From Paramoeba atlantica (taxonomy: Eukaryota; Protista; Discosea), in assembly GCA_977017575.1 (NCBI GenBank), contig CDRNVI010000007.1, positions 300,102 through 364,101 of the forward strand: a stretch of 64,000 bases of DNA, given 5' to 3'. The position numbers and the translations under genes are program-made. Each line of letters opens with the position of its first letter. Position 1 is the stretch's first letter. A model generated the notes under the pieces. The model worked only from the letters and a program-made list of their open reading frames with translations, ran no database searches and was not told the DNA's origin. Positions 31,928-43,651 of the stretch are shown piece after piece.

Positions 31928-34378
31928 ATGACCTACACCACTGACAGGGAGGTTAATCTGAATGAAGGATACCAAGAGTCAGAAGCTCCTCTTCTACTGT
32001 TCATGCAATATGCCCCGGAAAAGGGAAAAGAGTTTCACGACGACGTCGAACTTAGTGCAGTTCCGAAAGAATATATTGCACAAGAAAATTTCTTGTTTTT
32101 TATTGTCGTAGAAACATTTCATCAGCGTTATGAGCAAGCCAAAGGATTTTTGTTGAGCATTGCCGAGCCCAGATCAAGAACCAGCTTTGTTCACGAATAT
32201 CAGATTACACAAGAGAGTATAAGTTCGGCTATTCTTCATGGTTGGACGTTCAATGCGCTTCGTGAACATTGTTATTCCTTTTGCGCTCCTCACGCTTCAA
32301 TAAATAAATTTTTGGTTTTTATGGATCATTGTGTAAGATCTATTGCGAGTCTAAAGCTTGTCCTACGTGTCCCCAAAATTGAAAGAAAGGAGAGCAGTTC
32401 TGTGCCTCAAGCTACGCTCTTTAAAAGTAACCGTAAAATAAAAAAGGAAGTTTGCTACTTTTTGGAATCAACTTCGGAACCTTTGCTAAATATGCTGCTA
32501 GATAGTGGTTCACCAAGCTCATCGTATTTCGATTCTGTAGCTCAAGAAGACACAATTCAGTTAAATGATGGTACAATCAAGGCAGGCTTCTCCTTAGGTG
32601 TTACTCACGGAAAGGCAGGAGCAGCTAAAAAGGTGATAACCGGGCAGTATAATTTAGCTTTGGAGAATTTGTATGATTTCATAAGCGACTCCATCACACG
32701 GAACATAGCGAACTTTATTCTGAGACCTCTCACAGTTCTTCGTTCGTATCAGCGCGAGGCGATGGAGTCCGTTTTCACCGGCACTCGAGTTCGTAGCGGC
32801 CTTATCGTCCTTCCATGTGGTGCGGGTAAATCGCTGACTGGGGTGGCCATTTCCTCCCGAATCTCGAAGCGGACACTTGTTGTATGTTGTAATCGAGTTT
32901 CTGTTTTGCAATGGAGGGATCAATTTCTGCGTTGGAGTTATCTAAGACCAGAGCAAATTAGCGTATTAACATCCACTTCACGCGAGGCTCCCGCTGATGT
33001 GGTGATTACAACATACACTATGCTTACTTTCGACGACACGCGAAGGAATGAAGCGACGAAAATAATTCTTACCAGCATGCTACAGGATGCATGGGGACTT
33101 GTTCTTTTTGATGAAGTACACATGGCTGCTGCAAACAACTTTCGAAATGTGGTAAATCTCGTTAAAGCACATTGCATGATTGGGTTGACGGCAACTTTAT
33201 TGCGTGAAGACGATAAAATTGATGATTTGAATTATTTGATCGGTCCGAAATTGTACGAATGCTCAAATCATGAACTTACGCGAAAGGGTTATATTGCTGA
33301 AGTAATGTGTGTAGAGGTACTGTGTCGATTTCCATCGTTATTTATGTCCTATTACCTCCGCTCTGAAAGTGACAGTGATCGTCGTAAACTATGTAATATG
33401 AATCCGGAAAAAATATGGTGCTGCCAAACAATTTTACGGTATCACGAAAACTTACAGCCCCCAGATAAAACTCTTGTCTTTTCGGATAGCGTGCCATGTC
33501 TGGAGTACTGTGCAAAACTTTTTGGGCGACCGTTTTTACATGGAGAAACTTCGGAAATAGAGAGGGACAGTGTTATACAGTGGTTCAAGGCAAGCGAAAC
33601 TGTGAACACACTTTTTCTCAGCCGAGTAGGTGATGCTGCACTGGATATTCCGGAGGCCAGTGTAATCATACAGCTGTCTTCAAATTTTGGTTCACAAAGA
33701 ACTGAAGTACAGAGATTGGGGCGCATACTCCGCATCAAATCCAATACCCGGTTGGCTTACTTCTACTCCCTGGTTACCCCCGATACCAAAGAAGCCGTTT
33801 TCTCCCGTAAAAGGCAGCGATTCTTGCTTAATCAAGGGTACGGCTACAAGATATTGTTCTCCAATGATATTAGATCTGCTATACAGACCGCTGGCTCAAG
33901 CCCGACGGAGGTGAAGGAAATCAACAACGATGCCGCCTGCCTTGGTATTCCGCAATGGAAAGTGAGGTATGATCCAGGTGGCGATCCGATATCCGTTTCT
34001 CCTGGAGAGTCACTCAACATTGAGAAAAAATACGCCTCAGGTAAGGCATTGGAAGATCAGCGTAGTTACAGCATGTCAATCACCAAGAGTCCTTTACTGC
34101 TCCATGGTGGGATTCGATTGGGAAACTTTTTCAGATCACACTTCCACGAAGGTTCCTGCACTGATGATTGTTTATCAGTTGCACTTCGCTTCACTCTGAG
34201 CGGCGAAAGAAATTTCTCTGCATTTTGCTTAAAGCATTATTATGTGTCATCCGTTGCAGAAAGTAAGGAATACAAAGAGCCTCGTCAGGGAAAGGCGAAG
34301 CTGATTGCTCCAACCACAAAAGCGTTACGACATCGTCAAAAACAAATAGATGCTTTAAGAAAACGAGGCTCCTCATAA
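31928..34378 (+). CDS. XPB: XPB/Ssl2/Rad25 DNA helicase (TFIIH or repair paralog)
   Basis: LRSYQ, IVLPCGAGKSL (motif I), DEVH, GLTATLLREDDKI, QRLGRILR; first in-frame ATG is 31928. Confidence 0.93.
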   Translation: MTYTTDREVNLNEGYQESEAPLLLFMQYAPEKGKEFHDDVELSAVPKEYIAQENFLFFIVVETFHQRYEQAKGFLLSIAEPRSRTSFVHEYQITQESISSAILHGWTFNALREHCYSFCAPHASINKFLVFMDHCVRSIASLKLVLRVPKIERKESSSVPQATLFKSNRKIKKEVCYFLESTSEPLLNMLLDSGSPSSSYFDSVAQEDTIQLNDGTIKAGFSLGVTHGKAGAAKKVITGQYNLALENLYDFISDSITRNIANFILRPLTVLRSYQREAMESVFTGTRVRSGLIVLPCGAGKSLTGVAISSRISKRTLVVCCNRVSVLQWRDQFLRWSYLRPEQISVLTSTSREAPADVVITTYTMLTFDDTRRNEATKIILTSMLQDAWGLVLFDEVHMAAANNFRNVVNLVKAHCMIGLTATLLREDDKIDDLNYLIGPKLYECSNHELTRKGYIAEVMCVEVLCRFPSLFMSYYLRSESDSDRRKLCNMNPEKIWCCQTILRYHENLQPPDKTLVFSDSVPCLEYCAKLFGRPFLHGETSEIERDSVIQWFKASETVNTLFLSRVGDAALDIPEASVIIQLSSNFGSQRTEVQRLGRILRIKSNTRLAYFYSLVTPDTKEAVFSRKRQRFLLNQGYGYKILFSNDIRSAIQTAGSSPTEVKEINNDAACLGIPQWKVRYDPGGDPISVSPGESLNIEKKYASGKALEDQRSYSMSITKSPLLLHGGIRLGNFFRSHFHEGSCTDDCLSVALRFTLSGERNFSAFCLKHYYVSSVAESKEYKEPRQGKAKLIAPTTKALRHRQKQIDALRKRGSS

Positions 34379-34590
34379 TACTTCGAAGTAGGTTTAACTG
34401 GTGTTTTCTTGAATTGCTCTTATTTTTTATAAATTATAAAAATAAATTATGATAATGAGTAAACTTTATAAATAATTTCGGTAATCACTGTTGTTTATTC
34501 TTCTTGCAAGTACTTTGCAAGTATGATCTTTACTTAAATTCTGCATCTTGTAGTACCGGAGTAAATAAAAAAATCTTCGATCTTTTTGCT

Positions 34591-36237
34591 ATGGTTTCTT
34601 CTTCTGTAGAAGACATTGATGCACATCCTCCAGGTGCAGAAGCGAGCTATCAGATGAATTTTCGCAAATTGGATGAGGGTTCTCATAGAGATCCACAAGA
34701 CGTCTTCTCGGACTCTGCGGATTCATTCTCTTCCCTCTCGAGCTGCGGAAACGTTTTAGTCGGAAAACCGCGGATCAGATCTTGGAATACAAAACATGTA
34801 GAGGAAAAGAGTAGATCACCACCCGCTTCTCCTGATACACTCGAACCAAACGTCCTCCCAAGAGGGGATGACAGTTCAGCAGATTCCTTTGACGAATCTC
34901 CAGATGATATCGATTCCAATGCTAGTTCAGATAATTCCGTTGGTCTTGCGTCGTGTTGTACCGCGGCAACTGATCTGTCATTCTGTAGCATACCAGTGCA
35001 CGTTACGAAAACAGTTAGCCGCGCGATTCCCGCATTGGAAGACGTTGATCAAGCGATTTCTTTTGAACCGCTTCCGATAGACATGGACCAAGGTAAAGTT
35101 CCGGTAATAAGCCTTACACCTCGTCGCGTAGGAGTGGTGAAAAATCTACTCGCTGGGGTCGTGACAGTAGAAAGTGATGGAAACGGGGACATATTTGACA
35201 TTGGGAGTCTCGTCTGCAACTTTGAGGGCCATATACTCGGATACATTACGACATTATTCGGTCCCGTTGAGAAGTGTTATTACGCAATAAAATTAATTTC
35301 CTTCCCAAAGCCACGAGATACACTCACCCTGAACACCCGAGACGAAAATTCCGCTGACGCAGTGTGTGAATCCGACATCTACAGATGCACAATACATGTT
35401 GGAGATGAGGCTTTTGCATGGTCGGCACAACAAAAAATGATTTGTTCTGAAGAAGATCTTGCTGTGGCAAGAAAAATTGAAGCAACTGATGCGTCGCATG
35501 AGAATGACCAAGAGCTTCCTGATCACGTCCAACCCGCATTTTCGGATGATGAGAAAGAGAAAGAATGGAAAAGACTCGCCAAACGCCGACGCGCCAAATC
35601 TCTGTTGTGTGCCACACCAGAGGAGCGTGAGGAACAGTCTGTTGGGAAGTCCGAAGACTCCGATGTGTCTGCAACGACTGATCCAGAGAGTGCTCTTACA
35701 GATGACGAAGTGAATTCATCCGAACACGAACGTAAGGAGAAATCTCAAGGACAACAGAACTTTTCCAAAAAGCGGAGAAGTAACTGTAAGGAGCAACCTT
35801 TTAAAATATACTCTTCCACTCATGATTCGCGTCCTAAGATAGCTAAAACGGATGGGGCAAGGCTTCAAGGAGGCGATGGGTATTGTTTATCAAGCGAAGC
35901 AATCCCACAATACCCATCAACAATTTTTTTGCAACACGCGCCCAATCCTTATCAGAACCATAGCACTGTTCCTCACTACGAGCCACATTGGAATCCACGA
36001 CAGTTCAAGCAGCCACAATATATCCATAACTACGCTCATGATCCTCATGTGCAAAATATTCAGAGCAATACTCCACCTCAGGAAACGTGGGATTCAAGGA
36101 GTGCAAATGCATCCTCAGACACGTGGGGCTTTAGAGGTAGAGCACCTTCCAATTTTGCGCACCACTACACTCCTCATGTACATTATCCCGTACAGTATCC
36201 TCACCCACCTTACCCACCCAACAATACTTATCACTGA
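34591..36237 (+). CDS. NAF1: H/ACA snoRNP assembly factor NAF1
   Basis: Gar1/Naf1 core LGYITTLFGPVEKCYY, TDASHENDQE...FSDDEKE motif, Pro/Tyr/His-rich tail. Confidence 0.85.
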   Translation: MVSSSVEDIDAHPPGAEASYQMNFRKLDEGSHRDPQDVFSDSADSFSSLSSCGNVLVGKPRIRSWNTKHVEEKSRSPPASPDTLEPNVLPRGDDSSADSFDESPDDIDSNASSDNSVGLASCCTAATDLSFCSIPVHVTKTVSRAIPALEDVDQAISFEPLPIDMDQGKVPVISLTPRRVGVVKNLLAGVVTVESDGNGDIFDIGSLVCNFEGHILGYITTLFGPVEKCYYAIKLISFPKPRDTLTLNTRDENSADAVCESDIYRCTIHVGDEAFAWSAQQKMICSEEDLAVARKIEATDASHENDQELPDHVQPAFSDDEKEKEWKRLAKRRRAKSLLCATPEEREEQSVGKSEDSDVSATTDPESALTDDEVNSSEHERKEKSQGQQNFSKKRRSNCKEQPFKIYSSTHDSRPKIAKTDGARLQGGDGYCLSSEAIPQYPSTIFLQHAPNPYQNHSTVPHYEPHWNPRQFKQPQYIHNYAHDPHVQNIQSNTPPQETWDSRSANASSDTWGFRGRAPSNFAHHYTPHVHYPVQYPHPPYPPNNTYH

Positions 36238-36423
36238 AAATTGTAATGTGTTGTATGAGCGGAAATCGTAAAATGCTTTAATTCTGTTCCTTTAATGAAT
36301 AAAATATAATACGTACGCGCGCATACCTCTCGAGGTTCTTCTATACTCTGAGCTTTGGTATCTTTCTTATCTAGTATTTAACGGTTAGTCACTCATCTTT
36401 TGGATACCTTCTAGAATAGTGCC

Positions 36424-36885
36424 ATGATATTCCGGTATGCAAATAGCGTTCAAGCGCATTTGGCTCTTGGTCCTATCTATTACACGAATACGCGATATTT
36501 TAGACAATCACGCATCTTTCACAAATTAGTTGTTGCTTCTTCCGAAAATATACAAACATCAAAACAAATAGCGACGCGTAGCGTCACTCGATTACAGGAT
36601 CGGGAAAGGATCTTAGAGGCTCAATTGCGAAAAGCAAATGAGAGCAGAAATAATATTTCTCAAAAGTCAATAGGAGAGAGGTCTGCAGCAGTGAACGCGC
36701 TTGAAGTCATGAAGGATCATTACGTGATCCTTCTCAGACAACGTTCTATGCTTGCCAGAGCCATTTTGAGGCGTGTTCGTAAACAGAAGTTGCTTGGAAA
36801 GCTAATTCGAAGAAGGCAGAGAAAGATTAGAAAATCAAAAAATAATTCTTTGCTGCCTGATACATCAGTAAAGCAGCTAAAGTAA
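36424..36885 (+). CDS. hypothetical basic coiled-coil protein
   Basis: 153-aa ORF in the co-oriented cluster. Confidence 0.55.
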   Translation: MIFRYANSVQAHLALGPIYYTNTRYFRQSRIFHKLVVASSENIQTSKQIATRSVTRLQDRERILEAQLRKANESRNNISQKSIGERSAAVNALEVMKDHYVILLRQRSMLARAILRRVRKQKLLGKLIRRRQRKIRKSKNNSLLPDTSVKQLK

Positions 36886-37121
36886 TGCTTTTCTGCTTCG
36901 CATTTAATTTCTAAGCTAGTAAATTAATGATATACGATGAATACATTATGAACATACGCAATCCTAATTTTATTTTGCACTTTAGTGAATGATGACAGTT
37001 GTGATAAAACGAATTGTTTTCTCCGAAAGCTTTTAGCAATTTTAGCAATTTGTTTTCTTTTTTAACAATTTATTTTTCCTGAGTCCCGGTATCAGTAGAG
37101 AAATCTACTGAAAGAAGAGCG

Positions 37122-37718
37122 ATGAATGTCTCTTCCTGTGCTTCAACTCATATAGTCGAGAAGGAATATTATACCAAAGGGAAAAAAGATGGGTCTCAAC
37201 TTATTTCACAAGAATTTAGTGCACAAACGCAGGGCGCCCGAATGGCGTTGCTTTCAGGGACTTTGTTCTCTGTGATCACAGTTTTCGTGTCATACATAGT
37301 TTGGAGCAAACGAGTCTCACAGAAATATGAAGTCATACTTGAGCAGCTACAGAATTATTCCCGAGCAAAAAATAAGGAATTGTGTACGACGCGGGCACAA
37401 AAATCAGTACTACAAACAGCTCAAATTCATCAGCTCCTCACAGTCGGTAAGCAGAAAGACACCATTCAAAAAATGATTAGAAGAAATTCAGCGCAAAGTT
37501 CTATTCTTGAGCATTCACGCTACACAAAGGAAGATTTCCGTGATTCATCTGTATTTAAACCGGACAAAAAATCCAGTCAAAGATATGGGTGCAACCTTCA
37601 GCAAACTAAAGAGAGCTTGTCTTCTTCTCGACAAATATTAAAGCGTTTTCAGTGGAGTGCTATTTGGAAGATGAGCGTTTTATCTGCTCTCGCTGCATTT
37701 TTATCTAAAGTTCCTTAA
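37122..37718 (+). CDS. hypothetical membrane protein
   Basis: 198-aa ORF, TM segment ALLSGTLFSVITVFVSYIVW followed by coiled coil. Confidence 0.55.
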   Translation: MNVSSCASTHIVEKEYYTKGKKDGSQLISQEFSAQTQGARMALLSGTLFSVITVFVSYIVWSKRVSQKYEVILEQLQNYSRAKNKELCTTRAQKSVLQTAQIHQLLTVGKQKDTIQKMIRRNSAQSSILEHSRYTKEDFRDSSVFKPDKKSSQRYGCNLQQTKESLSSSRQILKRFQWSAIWKMSVLSALAAFLSKVP

Positions 37719-37859
37719 TTTTTAAAATTTAACTTCAGTATTGGCATGTTTTAAGTGCAAAGTGTTTTTCCTTACAAGATGAAGTGACATACTGGAGGAA
37801 TGGTTCAATAATCAGATACAGATGCCTTGGTTATAGTATCTTAGTTGTGGTAAATTTAC

Positions 37860-38345
37860 ATGTCGAATTTATTTGCCAAGAATTCAGTTCCTTCGCGATC
37901 CATTCTTCCTCGTGTGCAACGCCCATCACAACAGGAATCTGATTCATTGGGAGTGCTAGGCAATCTTCTCACAAACATTCAAAAATTACAAGACGTAGAT
38001 GTCGCCGAAACGACTTCCTCCAAACGTGAAATGGGTCGTAAGATTAAGAATGATTGGAATTTGTTTATCGCATCTCTTCAAAGTAGGGATGAGAGCCGCA
38101 AAACCCTGTCACCTAAAATAATACAATTAAAAATTATATCACCTGCTAACGTCGACGAATCCAATCTGCAATCAAAACTTGCTTTAGAAGAAAAAGAAAA
38201 ATGGAGGAAGAAGGCGGAAGAGAGAAGAGTGCAATTTAAAAAAGGTGCACTTGCCTACAATAAAGGTATGTTACCACAACTTTTAACAACGGGGCCAAAT
38301 GGTCCCGGATTTGCTGCAGAACGAGGAAAACCAGTTCGTCCATAA
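37860..38345 (+). CDS. hypothetical protein
   Basis: 161-aa ORF with charged C-terminal helix. Confidence 0.55.
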   Translation: MSNLFAKNSVPSRSILPRVQRPSQQESDSLGVLGNLLTNIQKLQDVDVAETTSSKREMGRKIKNDWNLFIASLQSRDESRKTLSPKIIQLKIISPANVDESNLQSKLALEEKEKWRKKAEERRVQFKKGALAYNKGMLPQLLTTGPNGPGFAAERGKPVRP

Positions 38346-38619
38346 ATTCTTGTACCTAAACATGGATCTTTAAAAAAAAAAATTTTTTTTTTTAAAAAAC
38401 AGTTACGTGTTTTAGAATTAAAGAGAATTGAGGGGGTAGTTGATTACATTAAAATAGATGGTCATGACATGCTCATTAACACTTTAAACAGCATGCCGCG
38501 GCGTTTCGACATAGTAGTAGAAAAAAAAGGAGAAAGTTGTAATTATTAGTCGTCTAAAACCTTTCTCACAATTTTTGCATTTTGACGTTTTTGGGCTTCT
38601 TGTCAGTTGAACACACCCC

Positions 38620-38750
38620 TATACCCTGGGAAACTGCCTTTTCTAAAACATAGAACTCTTCGAGAGCTCTCGAATACGCTATCATTTTCCAAAATTGGAA
38701 AGGTTTTGCAATTTTTAGACCCCCCGCAGCGTCTGATTTACCCCCCTGTA
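38620..38750. mobile_element. solo right-hand TIR related to the 25645-27261 element
   Basis: GAGAGCTCTCGAATACGCTATCATTTT...AATTTTTAGACCCCCC...CCCCCCTG-TA; no matching left end seen. Confidence 0.6.
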
Positions 38751-38989
38751 TGTGTACTCAAAGTTTTATCGTTCAACTTCCTCTTGTTGGATGCTTTCAA
38801 AACTTTAGATTCGTCCAACTCTATTTTCACGGTCGTTTGAGACACCTTTGAGACAACGTTACTGGGATTCGGAAAAGAAAATATATTGGGGAATAAATTA
38901 GGTACAATGCACCATTTTCAGAATACTGTGAGTTACAAGTCTTGTGTACAATACATCTAGTTTAAGGTCATAGTTTTACATTGTCATTC

Positions 38990-40900
38990 ATGCAGCGCAG
39001 CATTCATAGCAATGTAGCATCCTACAATCTTTCAAGTGGTCAGTCCTTTCCACATTGGCTTCGGGACCAACAGCCTTATGCCCAGAAGAAGAATCATGAC
39101 TACAGACACGTTGAATTGCTGCAAGATTTTGAAATGCCAACGACATGTCAAAAATTATGGCAAACGCGAAACGGCACATACATCTTTCTTTCGGGTGGGT
39201 ATCCTCCTCAAATAAAATGTTTCGACGTGAATGAACTAAGTGTTAAATTCACGCGTCACACAAAGGAACACATTCTGGACGGACTTTCCCTTAGTGATGA
39301 CTACACCAGGTTCGTTCTAATGCTTGAAGGACGGTGGCTGGAGTTCCATACGCAAGGTGGGATAGAGACGTCTGTACGCTTTCCAATGCAGGGAAGACAG
39401 CTGGGTTTTAATCACCAAAATGGCGAACTTTTGCTTGCAGGTGCATCTTCAGAAGTGTCTAGGCTGAACCTCACTACAGGTTCCTTTATGGCTCCGTACG
39501 CAACTGGTGAAATGAACGGAGTCAATGCACTTGTAACAGTGCCAGATTATAATCTAGACTTAGCGGGAGGGGCAAATAACAGAGTATACTGCTATTCATC
39601 TCAATGCAGCAAAAAGACGGATCTTTCGACAGGATCGTCCAATTCTTCGAGCTGTATGTCTCTGATGTCCTCTGTTGGTAGCGTTCAGATACCAGAAGAT
39701 GGCATCGAGGTTACAGCGCTTGCCAGCGATTTAAAGAATCCGTATCACTTCGCCGTAGGCACCAGTTCTGGAAACGTACATCTGTTCGACTTGCGAAGCT
39801 CGCACGTTTTGCTTACGAAGAATCATTACTCTTCACTCCCTATTAGCCATGTCGAATTTTTTTCTGCTCCAGACGAAACGCAACGTCACCTGCCTTTCGT
39901 TATTAGCGCCGATGCGTACGCGCTTCGCATTTGGAACCGGAATGATGGGGGAAATTTCACATCCCTTGAGTGTCCGCACACGATACGCAGCGTTCTCTCC
40001 GTTCGGTCAGGGCATAATATGGTAGCCCCGTTTGCAAATGCGGAGGAACGTAGTGGGTTGCTTCTATGTGCCACCGAAGCACCTCATGGCGATGTCCGTT
40101 TCGTACCCTCTTTGGGTAGAGCTCCAAAGTGGTGTTCGTTCTTAGACACACTCACAGAGGAATTGGACTCTGACGACAAAGTCACTATCTATGAAGATTA
40201 CACTTTTCTGAACCGCTCAGAATGGCTGTCTTTAGGACTCGATGAGCAGGCTGTGCGCGCAGCTGTGGAGCAGCAAACACAAGAAGGCACACGACCTCAG
40301 ATTCGAGCCGTTGCTCATGGCTATTTTGTAGAAGAAAAGTTTCTTCGGGATTTGAAGGCCGTCATTCGCCCCAGCGAGAAAATCTCTGAGCATTTGACAA
40401 CGGCGAATGTGCTGAACAAAGATTCATCCTCACTGAAGTCAGAAGTATCTAAGTTGACGAAATCTCAACGTCAACAACTTAAGAAGGATCCGATTACATA
40501 TCCCCTGCCTCGGAAACATCGCCGAGAGAAGAACCACACCATCGAAGAATCTGCGCTTTCCAGTATTAATACAAAATCGGGTCAGGACGCTAGGTTCTCT
40601 ATGAAAAAGCGAAAGGATAAGGATTTGTTTGCTCTGGACGCCGACTCAAAGAACGCCGTAGCTCAACGTCGTGCAGCACTACATGAATCCATGTTTGAAA
40701 CACCGGACGAAAATCTTTCGATCGAGGAAAAAACTCATACAGGAAAGTCTTCCAAGAAGCAGTTAAAGGTATCCGCCTTGCGACGTAATGTTGACTTTCA
40801 CAAATCGGAGAATGTGCTTGTCAAACAGCGAAATCGGGACATCTTATTGCAAAGCAAGCCTTTGGAAGATGTGTCAAATTTCTATAGGCAAGACAGTTAA
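38990..40900 (+). CDS. NOL10: nucleolar 40S biogenesis factor NOL10/Enp2
   Basis: VELLQDFEMP...GGYPPQIKCFDVNELSVKF; FVPSLGRAPKWCSFLDTLTEEL; IYEDYTFL; HGYF. Confidence 0.9.
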   Translation: MQRSIHSNVASYNLSSGQSFPHWLRDQQPYAQKKNHDYRHVELLQDFEMPTTCQKLWQTRNGTYIFLSGGYPPQIKCFDVNELSVKFTRHTKEHILDGLSLSDDYTRFVLMLEGRWLEFHTQGGIETSVRFPMQGRQLGFNHQNGELLLAGASSEVSRLNLTTGSFMAPYATGEMNGVNALVTVPDYNLDLAGGANNRVYCYSSQCSKKTDLSTGSSNSSSCMSLMSSVGSVQIPEDGIEVTALASDLKNPYHFAVGTSSGNVHLFDLRSSHVLLTKNHYSSLPISHVEFFSAPDETQRHLPFVISADAYALRIWNRNDGGNFTSLECPHTIRSVLSVRSGHNMVAPFANAEERSGLLLCATEAPHGDVRFVPSLGRAPKWCSFLDTLTEELDSDDKVTIYEDYTFLNRSEWLSLGLDEQAVRAAVEQQTQEGTRPQIRAVAHGYFVEEKFLRDLKAVIRPSEKISEHLTTANVLNKDSSSLKSEVSKLTKSQRQQLKKDPITYPLPRKHRREKNHTIEESALSSINTKSGQDARFSMKKRKDKDLFALDADSKNAVAQRRAALHESMFETPDENLSIEEKTHTGKSSKKQLKVSALRRNVDFHKSENVLVKQRNRDILLQSKPLEDVSNFYRQDS

Positions 40901-41107
40901 TTTCTCTGGACTTTCTGGGTGCTGTCATATTGTTGTATTTCTCTTGTTGAAACATTCTTTTTCATGCAAAAGTTGTGCGTCCGTAGTTTAGACTCTAAAC
41001 TTTAATTTAAGTTATGCCATCATACACATAAAGTATGTGAATACTTCTCGACGAGCTCTTGTTATTGATTAAAAAAAATATTTCTTTACAGGCTCTAGTC
41101 AAAACTC

Positions 41108-41359
41108 ATGTCTTCAGGGACCATTAAAATTCGAGGATCAAAACGACACCCTATTCTGGCTTCTTCTTTTGACGACCTAGTCGATTTCTTTGGCACGTTT
41201 GGATTCTACTATTCAGACAGTGTGGAGAATCATTTAGTTGCCAAGGGCTACGTGTTAGTGACGTATGAGGATCCAGAAGACGCCATCGAAGCTGTGAAAA
41301 ATATGGATGGCTATGTTTGGGATGGAAGTATCGTACTTCGCGTAAAGTTCTTTCCTTAG
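41108..41359 (+). CDS. single-RRM small protein (Y14/RBM8-like pattern)
   Basis: KGYVLVTYEDPEDAIEAVKNMDG RNP1 and helix 2; ortholog uncertain. Confidence 0.65.
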   Translation: MSSGTIKIRGSKRHPILASSFDDLVDFFGTFGFYYSDSVENHLVAKGYVLVTYEDPEDAIEAVKNMDGYVWDGSIVLRVKFFP

Positions 41360-41862
41360 GGAATATTAGTTCCGTTACAGGGTGATTATCTACCGAAAAC
41401 GGTGCATGGCAACACAGGTACTAACTCCACTGGGAAAATCAATGTGGCACATAAGATTACGAAAACCCAGCTCCATTATCCGGTAAATGTCTGGAGTTCT
41501 CCGTAGTTCACGGATTCTCACGGATTATCAAGAAAAAGCAGGATAGTGTCCTGTAAAAGCGTTGTACATTTTTCCCATTCCTTGGGGATATTTTCTAAAA
41601 CACGGACGACGTACACATTTATCGCACGTACAAAGTAAGTAAAGGGAACTGTGTGTCAAAAAGATAGGCGGCATCTGGCCCAATTACCCTGACCTTAAAG
41701 GAAAGGCCGATTGACAAAATTATAGTCGGAAACTTCTAAACGACTCTTTATTACAAAAATATGACCATTTTTTTGAGGAGTATGCTAACTTTAAGCAGGG
41801 AAGAATGTATCCACTTTCTATACGCTAAGTGTCTTGGTCCCTGAATCGTTTGTAAATTTTTT

Positions 41863-43122
41863 ATGGTGATCTTTCTTTTACCTTCTGATTCTTTTACAAC
41901 TTCATGTCATAAGTATCAAGAGCTCCTCGGACATTCGCAGCATTTTCTCCCAATGCCCGATTTGCGTAGCAAGAAAGACGAAGATAGTACCACGGATTCA
42001 GAATTCAAAAGAAGTCCGGCATCAAAACACAAAGACAAGAAATTCGTAAGTTCGGATGGGCAAATAAGAGAAGAAAGCCTTCGCATAGTGCCGTACAAAT
42101 TCCGCTCTGCGGCGTTCCGCAAGTTGCATGACGACATTAAAGATGTTCGACGTTCAATGGAGAAGAAAGGGATCCTCCCGGAGCTCGTAGGACAAGGCTC
42201 CTCCGGCTCATATTTTTGTCGTGCGACATGTAACGGGCCCATGGTGGGCATTTTTAAACCAAGAGACGAAGAACCATATGGACCGCACAATCCCAAGGTT
42301 CGAAAAGCAATTCAGAGAGCGTTGTTTCCGTGTTGTTTTGGACGCGCATGTCTGCTACAAAATCAAGGGTATATCAGCGAAGCAAGTGCGAGTGTTGTGG
42401 ATCATATGCTTCAACTGCATATAGTGCCTGAGACGGTCGTAACGTCGTTTGCTTCGCCCGCGTTCAATTATAAGGGAATTGTCACTGCTCTTGCTCGATG
42501 TCACTTGGGAACGTTGCCTCGAAAAGTGGGCAGCTTTCAGAAGTTTGTGCATGATGCCAAACCTGCATCTTCTTTTACGGAAATCGAGTTTCAAAAATTC
42601 ATGCAAGACAAAGATTTCATTGTACAGTTTCAGAAGCTTACCATTCTTGACTACCTGATAAGAAATACGGACCGTGGTTTAGATAATTTTCTTATTCACT
42701 TTGGTGCATTTGAAAAACCGCTTCTTTCCGCAATTGACAACGGCCTCTCATTCCCTTTCAAGCATCCGGATACTTTTCGCGTCTATCCGTACGGTTGGTC
42801 GAACCTAAGTGCTTGTCATCAACCCTATGACAAAGAGTTAGCCGATATTGTACTCCCGCTACTTACGAGCTTTGAGTGGCGGCGTAGACTCAAGAAAGCG
42901 CTCCGACGAATCATGAGGCAAGATCCCCTTTTCAAAAAGCGTGCTTTTCGAGACCAGATGGCTGTTATTAGAGGACAAATTGCCAATCTAGTTGATGTAT
43001 TGGAAAACCAATTTTCTCCTTTCGATCTTGTCAACATGCCACCTTACGCAATTTATGAAGAACCTAAAAGTGGCGTCGAAATACTTCGGATTCGTGCAAA
43101 ATTTGCATGCTGCCCGTGCTGA
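41863..43122 (+). CDS. PI4K2: phosphatidylinositol 4-kinase type II
   Basis: GQGSSGSYF, IFKPRDEEPYG, FPCCFGR, SEASAS, GSFQKFV, LDYLIRNTDRGLDN, IDNGLSFP; true start may be ATG ~41952. Confidence 0.93.
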   Translation: MVIFLLPSDSFTTSCHKYQELLGHSQHFLPMPDLRSKKDEDSTTDSEFKRSPASKHKDKKFVSSDGQIREESLRIVPYKFRSAAFRKLHDDIKDVRRSMEKKGILPELVGQGSSGSYFCRATCNGPMVGIFKPRDEEPYGPHNPKVRKAIQRALFPCCFGRACLLQNQGYISEASASVVDHMLQLHIVPETVVTSFASPAFNYKGIVTALARCHLGTLPRKVGSFQKFVHDAKPASSFTEIEFQKFMQDKDFIVQFQKLTILDYLIRNTDRGLDNFLIHFGAFEKPLLSAIDNGLSFPFKHPDTFRVYPYGWSNLSACHQPYDKELADIVLPLLTSFEWRRRLKKALRRIMRQDPLFKKRAFRDQMAVIRGQIANLVDVLENQFSPFDLVNMPPYAIYEEPKSGVEILRIRAKFACCPC

Positions 43123-43651
43123 TAATTCATTTTCTGTTTTAAGACGCTGCGATTTACAAGACGACTGTTTCAATGGCTTTGAGTAGGGGTCAATGGTAGC
43201 TCAAGAGAACCCCAAGTTTCCGGAGCGCAAGGTGCAAAGAAACCTGAAGTTACTATCCTAAGAAGAAACACCAAACTTTCGCTGACAACAGAATTACATA
43301 ATCTGACAACCGCTGCAAACGTTGAAGGCTTACTCGTGCTTCGACTCCGGTGTGGAACATTCCTTTTTGGACTTCTTCTACATTCATCTTGTGCATGCAT
43401 CTAATTAACGTGAATACCTTGTATCTCGTAAGTCGAGTATGCCTATCAGAGCTCACTCGCAGAAATATATACGCCTAGTTAAATAATATGAAAAGTAGTA
43501 CGATATATTTCGTCACAAAAGTTTCCTGTTTACTTCGCAGTTCAGATTCTAACAATATCGCAATACCGTAGTACTTTAATATTTTTGATCTACGTCATTT
43601 CATGATCATCGCACTCGGCACATAGCACTACGTCTACGAGCCACTCCCAAA

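Noticed and set aside
43175-43405. Possible small + strand gene restored by one extra G
   Set aside because: Requires assuming an error and has no recognisable homology
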